Of a stretch of DNA of 45,821 nt, positions 23,348-30,802 are shown in pieces. Location of the stretch: positions 1-45,821 of IMG/VR virus record IMGVR_UViG_3300006151_000024; one strand, given 5' to 3'. A program made the position numbers and the translations under genes. The notes below the pieces were generated by a model. It was given only the letters and a program-made list of their open reading frames with translations. It was not told where the DNA came from and made no database searches. The stretch's first letter is position 1; each line of letters starts with the position of its first letter. The stretch comes from a virus.

Positions 23348-23591
23348 TCCTATCTGCCGCCGGGTCGTACTCCATTACGGCCCGGCACTTTTTTTCTGGC
23401 AACAGAAAACTTACCAGCCAGGGCAGCAGGGCCTCAAATTCCGTATAAGATGGATCCCCGGTCCTTTCGATCCGGTCTTTCCGCTCCGCCTCTATCCTGC
23501 GGTAAAACTCCCGCATAGTGGTTTCATATACTGCCCGTTTAACGCTGATATTTGTAATGGGTCTTATTCTTTCTTCCTTGCTACCCTCCAT
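23310..23591 (-). CDS. Hypothetical protein (93 aa), last gene of the late operon
   Basis: ORF immediately after the holin gene. It converges on, and overlaps by 38 nt, the plus-strand ORF 23117..23347. Confidence 0.45.
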   Translation of the reverse strand: MEGSKEERIRPITNISVKRAVYETTMREFYRRIEAERKDRIERTGDPSYTEFEALLPWLVSFLLPEKKCRAVMEYDPAADRIKFFQEDDPAGQ

Positions 23592-23593
23592 AT

Positions 23594-23929
23594 CTATTTC
23601 CCCCGGCTCTCCAGGCGGGTGATCTGCTCCAGCATTTGCCGGAATTTATCCCACCCAAACATGGCCGCAAAGGCCACGAAAAAGCCCAGGCAGATGGCGG
23701 CGGCCACCATGTACCAGACAATGGGGACGGCCATGATCCGGCACACGGCGAAAAACGCCAGCAGGGTCACGGCCATGGCCACGATAAAGGCCAGCAGGTT
23801 GGTGGGCACCTTGTCCCAGGTCAGTTTCTTGACCACCTCCACAATGATGTTGGTGATCACCATAAGGATCAGCACCGCCAGCAGGACGGCGGAAAGAACG
23901 GCGGGAATGTACTGCAGAATGGTTTCCAT
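23594..23929 (-). CDS. Holin (three predicted transmembrane segments)
   Basis: 111 aa. Hydrophobic segments are IPAVLSAVLLAVLILMVITNIIV, LLAFIVAMAVTLLAFFAV and IVWYMVAAAICLGFFVAFAAMF, with a charged C-terminus. It is adjacent to the endolysin gene. Confidence 0.65.
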   Translation of the reverse strand: METILQYIPAVLSAVLLAVLILMVITNIIVEVVKKLTWDKVPTNLLAFIVAMAVTLLAFFAVCRIMAVPIVWYMVAAAICLGFFVAFAAMFGWDKFRQMLEQITRLESRGK

Positions 23930-23950
23930 GGTTATGTCCTCCCTAAATGA

Positions 23951-24952
23951 TTATTTCACAGCCCCGCCCAGGGCGCACAGCAGCGCGTCCAGGCTGGGGA
24001 ATGTGCTGTAATTGGCCAGCCAATAGTCCGGCGTGTCGATCACGCCAGCGGCCACCAGGGCGCCCACGGCGTTGGGCACGGTGCTGGAGCGCGGCCCGGC
24101 CTTGGTGATCTTCTCCGCCGCCTTGACCAGCAGGCGGTCCAAATACTTGACCTTGCCGGACGCGGCGGCCTGCTGCCAGTAGTCCGGGGAGTTGATCACG
24201 CCCAGCCGGGCCAGCTTGCCCACAGCCGCCGCCGCCTCGGTCAAATAGATCACCTGCCCCACATGGATCAGGTTCTTGTTTTTGATCCCGTTGATGGCCG
24301 CCAGGGCGTCCACAGTGGTGCCATACCGGACCGCGATCTTTCCCAGGGTATCACCCGCCACAACGGTGTGGGCGGTGCCCTGGGCCGCGCTGGAGGCCCC
24401 CGTGGTTCCCTGCGTGGTTCCGGCGGTGGTCCCGCCCATTTTCCTGGCGATCTCCGCAAAGTCCGGGCAGATAAACCCGCGAATATACCGGCCATTTATG
24501 GCCATTGTCCGCTTGCCCACCTTTCCGCCGCTCATGTTGCCCTCTGTCACCACAAAGGACCCGGTGGAAACCTTTGTCACGATCCCGATGTGGTCCCCGG
24601 CTCCGGTGCAATCGCCCGCGCCGTTGTCCTGCCAGTCATACACGCAGGCGTCCCCGATCTTGGGCGTGTGGGCGTCGTTCTCCACCCAAATGCCCAGCTT
24701 TTTTGCCACAATGGTGTATTTCTCCACGCCGCACTCGGTCCCGGTGTACTTGGCGATCCCGGCCCGGATATAGGCCGCGCTCACCGTGGTGGCACAATAG
24801 GCGTCTTTCACCTGGACCTTGTACCCCCGCGCCAGGGGGCGGTAATTGTTGTAAACCTCCAAAATGTCCATGTGTTTGGCGCTGCCTACGGTGGCCCCCA
24901 CCCATGCGTTGATGGTGTCCGCCACTTTCTGGCGCAGTTGGTTCTCTGTCAT
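23951..24952 (-). CDS. Endolysin: CHAP/NlpC-P60-type amidase/peptidase + LysM + two C-terminal GVIxxPDYW repeats
   Basis: Cys/His context KDAYCATTVSAAY ... GDHIGIVTKV. LysM is HTVVAGDTLGKIAVRYGTTVDALAAINGIKNKNLIHVGQVIYL. The repeats are LGVINSPDYW and AGVIDTPDYW. Confidence 0.85.
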   Translation of the reverse strand: MTENQLRQKVADTINAWVGATVGSAKHMDILEVYNNYRPLARGYKVQVKDAYCATTVSAAYIRAGIAKYTGTECGVEKYTIVAKKLGIWVENDAHTPKIGDACVYDWQDNGAGDCTGAGDHIGIVTKVSTGSFVVTEGNMSGGKVGKRTMAINGRYIRGFICPDFAEIARKMGGTTAGTTQGTTGASSAAQGTAHTVVAGDTLGKIAVRYGTTVDALAAINGIKNKNLIHVGQVIYLTEAAAAVGKLARLGVINSPDYWQQAAASGKVKYLDRLLVKAAEKITKAGPRSSTVPNAVGALVAAGVIDTPDYWLANYSTFPSLDALLCALGGAVK

Positions 24953-24968
24953 TTGTATGTTGCCTCCC

Positions 24969-25382
24969 TTACAGGCCCACGTCCGGGGGTTCCTCCCGCT
25001 CGGTGGGCGGGTCCATGGGCGCGGCCTGGTAGCCGCTCCCGCTTGTTTTGGCGGCCTCCGCCGCCTTGTCCTTGTTGGTCTTGATCCAGCCCATGACGCC
25101 GTTTTCCAGGCCGCAGACGCCGAACACGCAGGCGGTCAGGGTCGCCGGTTCGTTTCCCGTGTGCCAGAACACGGCCAGCGCGGCCACCGTGTAGGCCACC
25201 AGGATCACCGCCTCCAGGATCAGCACCTTGTCCATGACGCCCATTTTCCCCTTGTCCCCGCCAACCTCCGGTTGGAGGCGGCGGGGACGGTACAGGCGCG
25301 GCACCAGGACCCGGCACAGCAGGAAACCCATGGCGGTCCCTGCGGCCATGGCCAGTGCGGCCACCACCACAGTTTTGGTCAT
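24969..25382 (-). CDS. Holin-like membrane protein (137 aa)
   Basis: Met MTKTVVVAALAMAAGTAMGFLL at 25382 overlaps the XhlA-like stop (ATGA). There are further hydrophobic segments and a charged tail. Confidence 0.55.
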   Translation of the reverse strand: MTKTVVVAALAMAAGTAMGFLLCRVLVPRLYRPRRLQPEVGGDKGKMGVMDKVLILEAVILVAYTVAALAVFWHTGNEPATLTACVFGVCGLENGVMGWIKTNKDKAAEAAKTSGSGYQAAPMDPPTEREEPPDVGL

Positions 25383-25714
25383 GCCGCTGCCGTCAGCAGG
25401 TGGATCAGCCCAGCGCCCAGGGCGGCGGCCAGCACCCCCAGCGCGCCGTAAAACAGCTTTTCCACCATGCCGTCCCACCGCTTGCCCGGTTTCTTTTCGA
25501 TGGCGTCCACCTTTTTCCCGACACTGTTCACATCGTCCTCAATCCGCTTAATGGTTTCCGCCTGGTATTCCATTTTTTTAGCCATGACCTCCATTGCGGT
25601 GGCCAGCTTATTCAGTGCGTCAAGCCGATCCTCCAGTTCGTCAAGTCTGTGCGTATTGCTTTTGGCCCTGGCGTCTACTTCCACCAGCCGGACCGCCATT
25701 TCCTCCGCGTTCAT
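25379..25714 (-). CDS. XhlA-like lysis-associated membrane protein
   Basis: 111 aa with an N-terminal coiled coil (RLDELEDRLDALNKLATAMEV...) and a C-terminal transmembrane segment (LFYGALGVLAAALGAGLIHLL), the XhlA architecture. GGAGGTG RBS. Confidence 0.65.
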   Translation of the reverse strand: MNAEEMAVRLVEVDARAKSNTHRLDELEDRLDALNKLATAMEVMAKKMEYQAETIKRIEDDVNSVGKKVDAIEKKPGKRWDGMVEKLFYGALGVLAAALGAGLIHLLTAAA

Positions 25715-25718
25715 ACCT

Positions 25719-25880
25719 TCACACCTCCAATTTTTCAGCGGTGCCGCCGATGGCCTCCGCGTATTTTTGCCGCAGGGTGTTAATCTCCTCTGCGCGGGTC
25801 AGTGCGTCATGCTGGGCCAGTTCCATGGCCTGGGCCTGTATAATCACATTTTGCTGGTCAATGATGGCGCACAGGCTCAT
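25719..25880 (-). CDS. Hypothetical small protein (start uncertain)
   Basis: ORF in operon context. I prefer the Met at 25880, which follows the upstream stop. Confidence 0.35.
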   Translation of the reverse strand: MSLCAIIDQQNVIIQAQAMELAQHDALTRAEEINTLRQKYAEAIGGTAEKLEV

Positions 25881-25893
25881 GATCAACCCCGCA

Positions 25894-26103
25894 TTATTCA
25901 CCGCCGCCACCGCTGGCCATGGCGTCATATTCCGCCGTCACGTCCTTCTTGACCTGCTCCGCAAAGTCGAAAAATGCCTGGTATTCCTCCGGCTTGGTGT
26001 CTTTCTGGCGCAGAATCGCGATCTGGTCGTCCACGCTGTACCTGGTATTGATCACCTTGGCGATCATCTGCTCACGGTTGATCCTCATGTTCTGATTTTC
26101 CAT
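25894..26103 (-). CDS. Hypothetical small protein (69 aa)
   Basis: ATG 26103 lies 8 nt after GGAGG. It sits between the DGR RT gene and the lysis genes. Confidence 0.45.
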   Translation of the reverse strand: MENQNMRINREQMIAKVINTRYSVDDQIAILRQKDTKPEEYQAFFDFAEQVKKDVTAEYDAMASGGGGE

Positions 26104-26121
26104 TTTCGCTGCCTCCAAAAA

Positions 26122-27330
26122 TTATTGTAGTTTGCACCTTGGCGCCGCCGCCCCAAACAGTTCACGGAATAGCTTGTCCATGCTCTGGACGGCTTTTCTG
26201 CCACCCCGGTGCAGGGCGTAGCCCTTCCATGACCCGTATGCTGCCGCCGCGCCCTCTGCGGTCATTTCTCCAGCTGCCACTTTTGCGGCAAACTTTTTTA
26301 ACCGCCGCCGTTGTCTTGTGATACTCTCCCGGCACATTCTCCGCTCAACCTTTCCCGTTTCTGTCAGCCGGTGCTTTGCTTTCAGAAATTTGAAACCATG
26401 CCGGATTGGGACGATCCTGGTTTTCCTCTGATTGACTGAAATGCCCAGGGGTTCGCAAAATGAAATTACAAGCCCCACCGCCTCCTTTGCCTCTTTCTTT
26501 GTCCGAAATAACATATAGCCGTCGTCCATATATCTGGCATACCAGCGCACACGCAAAACCTGCTTAATGAAATGATCCAGGCTATTGGGATAACTCACCG
26601 CCGTGATCTGTGAAATTTGACTGCCTAGCCCCAGGCTTTTCCCGGTGTACTGTTCCGCGTCCTGCCGTTTTACCCTTTGCCAGTTCGTTGTTGCTGTCGG
26701 ATAGCCAAAGGGAATTACAAAATCTTTCAAAAGCCGCAGGATCCGGTGGTCCCGAAATGCTTTTGAATAGACGTTGAAACATTCCCGGTGCAGGATATTG
26801 TCAAAATATCCCGAAAAATCGAATACCACTGCCCAGCCGTCATTACTGAAACCGTTAGCCCTGTAAAACTGCTGCAGGTGCGCGGTCAGGCGGTCCATGC
26901 TCCGGTCCACGCCCTTGCCCTCCAGGCAGGCACCATTATCATAAATCAGGCCACGGCCCAGCATGGGCACCAGGGCACTGTCGCAGGTGCTCCGTTGTAC
27001 CACCCTTTCCGAATAGTGGACGCTGCGAATATGCCGCAGTTTCCCGCGCTCTATGGTGTCGAACTCCACAAAGCCCTTTGTGATGTTCTCCCCAGCCTCC
27101 AGCTTTTGGTTCGTTTCCTCCATGTTCCGCAGCAGGTTCATTTGATACCTCTGGACGCTGGTTTTCCAGCTGACATTCCGCATAGATTTCTGGTTGCCCC
27201 GGTATAGCGATTTATACCGGGCTATGTTTTCCAGCCGGTCATTTTCTGCGTATCGTTTCCATTTCTTTTCCTCTCTGGCAGCTTTCCGCCTCTTGTATCT
27301 GGCCTCCCGCCGCCGCTCCAGTGAAGTCAT
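26122..27330 (-). CDS. Diversity-generating retroelement (DGR) reverse transcriptase
   Basis: Contains GKSLGLGSQISQ ([LI]GxxxSQ, DGR-typical motif 4), ARYMDDGYML (YxDD) and FKFLKAKH. ATG 27330 lies 8 nt after AAGGAG. It is directly downstream of the TR. Confidence 0.9.
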   Translation of the reverse strand: MTSLERRREARYKRRKAAREEKKWKRYAENDRLENIARYKSLYRGNQKSMRNVSWKTSVQRYQMNLLRNMEETNQKLEAGENITKGFVEFDTIERGKLRHIRSVHYSERVVQRSTCDSALVPMLGRGLIYDNGACLEGKGVDRSMDRLTAHLQQFYRANGFSNDGWAVVFDFSGYFDNILHRECFNVYSKAFRDHRILRLLKDFVIPFGYPTATTNWQRVKRQDAEQYTGKSLGLGSQISQITAVSYPNSLDHFIKQVLRVRWYARYMDDGYMLFRTKKEAKEAVGLVISFCEPLGISVNQRKTRIVPIRHGFKFLKAKHRLTETGKVERRMCRESITRQRRRLKKFAAKVAAGEMTAEGAAAAYGSWKGYALHRGGRKAVQSMDKLFRELFGAAAPRCKLQ

Positions 27331-27640
27331 GCGAATTTCTCCTTTAGGTCTTGTGGGTCCTTGTACGGCAGGCCCGCCCCGTCGGTTCGCCACTCCCGGC
27401 GCGGTGGGTGTGTCTTTCCGAAATAGCCGCGTAATGATACCGGGCATGAAACTGGCGTGATACACACAGACACGCCAGCCATGCACAAAAGCGTCCGCCC
27501 GATCATATCAAGGCCCAAATTTACCCTTGCGGGATGGTTATGCGCTCCTTCCAAATAAAAATTGATTTTTGAAAATCAGGCACGGCTTTCACCGCCATTT
27601 CTGGCGTTTACTCGGTCTGGCCCAGCCCGCAGGAAACGGG

Positions 27641-27782
27641 CTGTATTGGAATCACAGGGGCGCGTAAATGCCGCCGTTCGTGGCCACGTTGTTGTTGGCG
27701 TTGCCGTTGTTGTTGACAATGCACACGTTAGTGGCGGACTGACGTTGCGCGGACGCCTCCCACCAGTTGCAGCGGCCACCAC
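27641..27782 (-). repeat. DGR template repeat (TR)
   Basis: Gap-free alignment to 28308-28449 at a constant offset of 667 nt. The coding-strand reading is AAC-rich (..GTC AAC AAC AAC GGC AAC GCC AAC AAC AAC GTG..). Nearly all differences from the other copy fall at its adenines. It is non-coding, between avd and the RT gene. Confidence 0.9.
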
Positions 27783-27817
27783 GACGACGGTTTATCAGCG
27801 CATAACCAATACAAAAA

Positions 27818-28243
27818 TCAAGGTGTTTGATCCTTGAATTTTGCTATGAATTTATTGTCTGATTTCCTCCAGCCTCGCAGCAGGGATCCCTCTTTGATCA
27901 GCAGTTCCGTTACCGGCTGGAATTTATCGGGGTTGACTGGCAGGGTTGTGAGTATGTACTGCAAAAGCTGGAGAATTTGCTCCGCGGTTATAATGGCCTG
28001 TGTCTGATAGTCGCGCCGTCTTTCCGCCTCCCGTAAATTTTGCGGATATATGGTATTTGCCGCCGTAATGTAGTCGATCAATTTTATAATCTTCTCCACC
28101 ATGGGAAACGTGAACACAGGCCGCCACCGCTTTGGCACGATTTTTTCATTCATTACAAACCGGGTCAATTCCGCCCGGATCAGCGTGGCCGTGTGGTAAA
28201 ATTCCAGTTGGCTCTCGCTGCGTTTATTTTTTAGTACGCTCAT
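27818..28243 (-). CDS. avd: DGR accessory variability determinant (Avd-like four-helix-bundle protein)
   Basis: 141 aa, basic and helical, with ...ANTIYPQNLREAERRRDYQTQAI.... It sits between the VR-containing gene and the TR, as in canonical DGRs. Confidence 0.75.
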   Translation of the reverse strand: MSVLKNKRSESQLEFYHTATLIRAELTRFVMNEKIVPKRWRPVFTFPMVEKIIKLIDYITAANTIYPQNLREAERRRDYQTQAIITAEQILQLLQYILTTLPVNPDKFQPVTELLIKEGSLLRGWRKSDNKFIAKFKDQTP

Positions 28244-28270
28244 TTACCTGCCCTTCTTTCCGTTCTCTCC

Positions 28271-28295
28271 ATCCCGCCCCACATGGGGGCGGGAT
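28271..28295 (-). promoter_or_regulatory. GC-rich hairpin just 3' of the VR (DGR target-recognition hairpin/cruciform candidate)
   Basis: atcccgcccc (28271-28280) pairs with ggggcgggat (28286-28295), a perfect 10-bp stem with a 5-nt loop. It starts 12 nt beyond the end of VR homology and is absent at the equivalent TR position. Confidence 0.8.
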
Positions 28296-28303
28296 GGCCC
28301 TGA

Positions 28304-29200
28304 TTAACCGATACGGAAGCACAGGGGCGCGTAAACGCCGCCGTACGTGGCCACGTAGTTGGTGGCGTCGCCGGCGTCGTCGACAACGCACACGTAAGTG
28401 GCGGCCTGACGACGCGCGGACGCCTCCCACCAGTAGCAGCGGCCACCACCGTTGCCCGCGCCCTTGATGATGTGCTTTGCCCCGCCGTAGAAAATAGGGT
28501 ACTGAAGGTTGCAGCCACCGCCGCCGGTCCATCCCGCGTCACCGTCAGACCAGAACGTGTTACTGAATACCTCCACCTCGGTGGGCACCCACAGCTTGCC
28601 CATGGTGTTCCAGTCCCAGCCGGTATCGCTTTCCAACGCCCCAGCCGCAGAAAAACGATGCTCCAACAGGGCGATTTTTTCCACAATGCAGGGTTTCAGG
28701 TCAGCAGGCAGGGCCGCGTATACGCCTACCGTTTCATCGTTCAAGGTATGGAACAGCTTGGAGGCCCGCCACGGATTGGGTTCGGCTGCGGTTCCGTTGT
28801 TGGTGGCGGTGTCGTTGAACACCTTCGTACCCGCCAGACAGTCACGGGAAATAAAGTCAACATGATGGCCGATCATGGTGGGATAGCCGCACTTGTAATA
28901 GTGGTCAATTCCGGCCACCTCCATGATCACCACCTCGCCGGTAGTCAGGGTGATGGTCTTATAGTCACCGATATGGATCCCGGCCATGTCACCGGCCAGA
29001 ATACGCGCCCGCAGGTTTGCCCAGCTGTCGGTCAGTTCCTTGCCATAGGGGACCCCGCCGGCCAGAAAGGTTTCCTTGAAAAACTCGGTTGCCGCGTCAA
29101 GCGGCGCCCGCCCCGTCCCCTTTGCGTCTGTGTCCACCAGGATCGTGTCCGTCCCCTGCAGACCAGTGATTTTCTGCAATTCGTTTGTTTTCAAACTCAT
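28304..29200 (-). CDS. DGR variable (target) protein; putative receptor-binding tail protein with a C-type-lectin-like variable C-terminus
   Basis: 298 aa, directly after the tail fibre gene, GGGAGGA RBS. The C-terminus GGRCYWWEASARRQAATYVCVVDDAGDATNYVATYGGVYAPLCFRIG is encoded by the VR. KLWVPTEVEVF precedes it. Confidence 0.85.
   Translation of the reverse strand: MSLKTNELQKITGLQGTDTILVDTDAKGTGRAPLDAATEFFKETFLAGGVPYGKELTDSWANLRARILAGDMAGIHIGDYKTITLTTGEVVIMEVAGIDHYYKCGYPTMIGHHVDFISRDCLAGTKVFNDTATNNGTAAEPNPWRASKLFHTLNDETVGVYAALPADLKPCIVEKIALLEHRFSAAGALESDTGWDWNTMGKLWVPTEVEVFSNTFWSDGDAGWTGGGGCNLQYPIFYGGAKHIIKGAGNGGGRCYWWEASARRQAATYVCVVDDAGDATNYVATYGGVYAPLCFRIG
28308..28449 (-). repeat. DGR variable repeat (VR)
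   Basis: Counterpart of the TR, and the last 142 nt of coding sequence of ORF 28304..29200. By hand count 121/142 positions are identical to the TR. 19 of the 21 differences are at TR adenines. Confidence 0.9.
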
Positions 29201-29215
29201 TGTCTTTTCCTCCCG

Positions 29216-30052
29216 TTAAAGTATTTTGACAGCGGAAATTTCCGCGCTGTCCCTGGTTGTAATGACCGCCCCATTTCTCCCCGCCAGCGGTGTGGCCAGA
29301 CTGCCGGACATGATGGCATTGGTAAGCGCCTGGAGGCGGCGGGTGTAGTCCGCCCGAATATCGTTGACCAGTTGGAACAGCAGGGCGGTTTCTGCTCCGC
29401 AGCTGCATTTCTGGCGGTTTTCGGGTTCCTTCCTATATACGGATATTCCGGCGCCGTCCCTGGTTACGATCTCCTCCCCGGCCCTGTCTGCCAGCGGCGA
29501 ATAAACCCGCCCGGTCAGGATTTCCCCAGCAATTTGTCCGTAAATTTGCGGCATGACGGCAGCGGTACAATATTCCGCCACGTCCTGGGCAGTCATCCAC
29601 GCCTCTGCCGGATAGCCCAACGAAACCTCCACGCCTGCGGTCACAGTTATGGACACCTGATAGCGGCGCACGTCCGGGGCCATGCCCTGGGTGTATGCGC
29701 TGACATACTGCTTTGCGTCGCCCAGGGAGCCATAGTAGACCATGACATTTTCCCGCGTGTCCGGGTCCCTGGCATAGATGGCAAAGCCGCCGATCCAGAA
29801 ACCCACGGCAAGGCCACCGTTTAAGTCGCTGCGGTATTCCACCGTCATGGTGGCCGTGCTGTCCTTTACCGTGGGCACGGTGCTGGTTCCGGCAGGCCCC
29901 GGATCAATGGGGGCAGTCAGTTTTCTGGCCGCGTCCGCGCTGGCCGCCGTTCCCTTTTCCATGATCACGCCGGACAATTCCAGCGTTTGCCCCGCCACCA
30001 TTTTGGCCAGCAGGCGGTTTCCGGCCTCTGTAATTACAAAACCGTAAAACAT
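29216..30052 (-). CDS. Tail fibre protein (tail-collar fibre N-terminal domain)
   Basis: MFYGFVITEAGNRLLAKMVAGQTLELSGVIMEKG....GFWIGGFAIYARD resembles the phage tail-collar fibre N-domain. It follows the baseplate J/I genes. Confidence 0.65.
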   Translation of the reverse strand: MFYGFVITEAGNRLLAKMVAGQTLELSGVIMEKGTAASADAARKLTAPIDPGPAGTSTVPTVKDSTATMTVEYRSDLNGGLAVGFWIGGFAIYARDPDTRENVMVYYGSLGDAKQYVSAYTQGMAPDVRRYQVSITVTAGVEVSLGYPAEAWMTAQDVAEYCTAAVMPQIYGQIAGEILTGRVYSPLADRAGEEIVTRDGAGISVYRKEPENRQKCSCGAETALLFQLVNDIRADYTRRLQALTNAIMSGSLATPLAGRNGAVITTRDSAEISAVKIL

Positions 30053-30064
30053 GGTTTCCTCCTT

Positions 30065-30802
30065 TTACCCTGCCGCCGGCATAGCGGTGGCGGTGATTGT
30101 TCCGAAAATGCCAGCGGCGTATGCGTTGGCGTTCATGCCGTATTCCGTCCCCGCCTCCGGCAATGTGGTGGCGGTGAAAGAATCAAAAGCGCCGCCCATT
30201 TGAATTTCTGCTGTCAGCGGATATTCCTTTTTGATTTCCGGCAGGGGCGTGGACATATACCCGCGCCCCATTCTGCTGATAAAGTTTAGGATCTCCGCCT
30301 CAAATGTGGAAAGAGTGATCACGCCGTCCAGCCAGCTGGACAGGCGCTTGACGCTCCCCAGTACCCGCCGGAACTCCTCCAGGTCCTCCGGGTTGATCTG
30401 CCCGCCGTTCTGCCCTACACAGGCGCGAAAATGGTGCGGATCCCCGTCGTAGTCGTACCACTCCTCTATGTAACCGGCCCCGAAAATGATTTCTATGATC
30501 CGGTTACACGCCGCCGGGGTTCCCATGTGTGCGTAAAATGCCAGGGTTCCCTCCACCAGCGCCCGCTTGACCTCAATGGAAAATTTCTGATTATAGGCCG
30601 GGGTCCGCAGTTCCACCGCCAGCACGTCCAGGATCTTCTCCGGCATGGAGGCCACGGCGGCGTAAATATGCACCCCGTCCGCGTAGGCGCACAGTTTTTC
30701 GATCTGCCGCCCCAGGGCATAGGCAAAAGCCTGGGTTTCCAGTTGGCTGGCCAGGTTCTCCGGCATAATGTCCGTGAAACGGCTGCCCCGCAGGTCAATC
30801 AT
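30065..30802 (-). CDS. Baseplate/tail protein, P2 gpI-like
   Basis: Met MIDLRGSRFTDIMPENLASQLETQAFAYALGRQIEKL at 30802 lies 7 nt after GGAGGG. Contains ..ILDVLAVELRTPAYNQKFSIEVKRALV. It follows the J-like gene. Confidence 0.7.
   Translation of the reverse strand: MIDLRGSRFTDIMPENLASQLETQAFAYALGRQIEKLCAYADGVHIYAAVASMPEKILDVLAVELRTPAYNQKFSIEVKRALVEGTLAFYAHMGTPAACNRIIEIIFGAGYIEEWYDYDGDPHHFRACVGQNGGQINPEDLEEFRRVLGSVKRLSSWLDGVITLSTFEAEILNFISRMGRGYMSTPLPEIKKEYPLTAEIQMGGAFDSFTATTLPEAGTEYGMNANAYAAGIFGTITATAMPAAG

Noticed and set aside
27331-27486. 52-codon N-terminal extension of the RT ORF
   Set aside because: The internal ATG at 27330 has AAGGAG at ideal spacing, and the extension has no RT-like sequence. 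It more likely belongs to the DGR spacer RNA.
27641-28449. The two 142-bp related copies as a CRISPR-like or simple tandem duplication
   Set aside because: There are only two copies, 667 bp apart, and one lies inside a coding region. The differences are confined almost entirely to adenines of one copy. This is the TR/VR signature of a DGR, not a repeat-spacer array.
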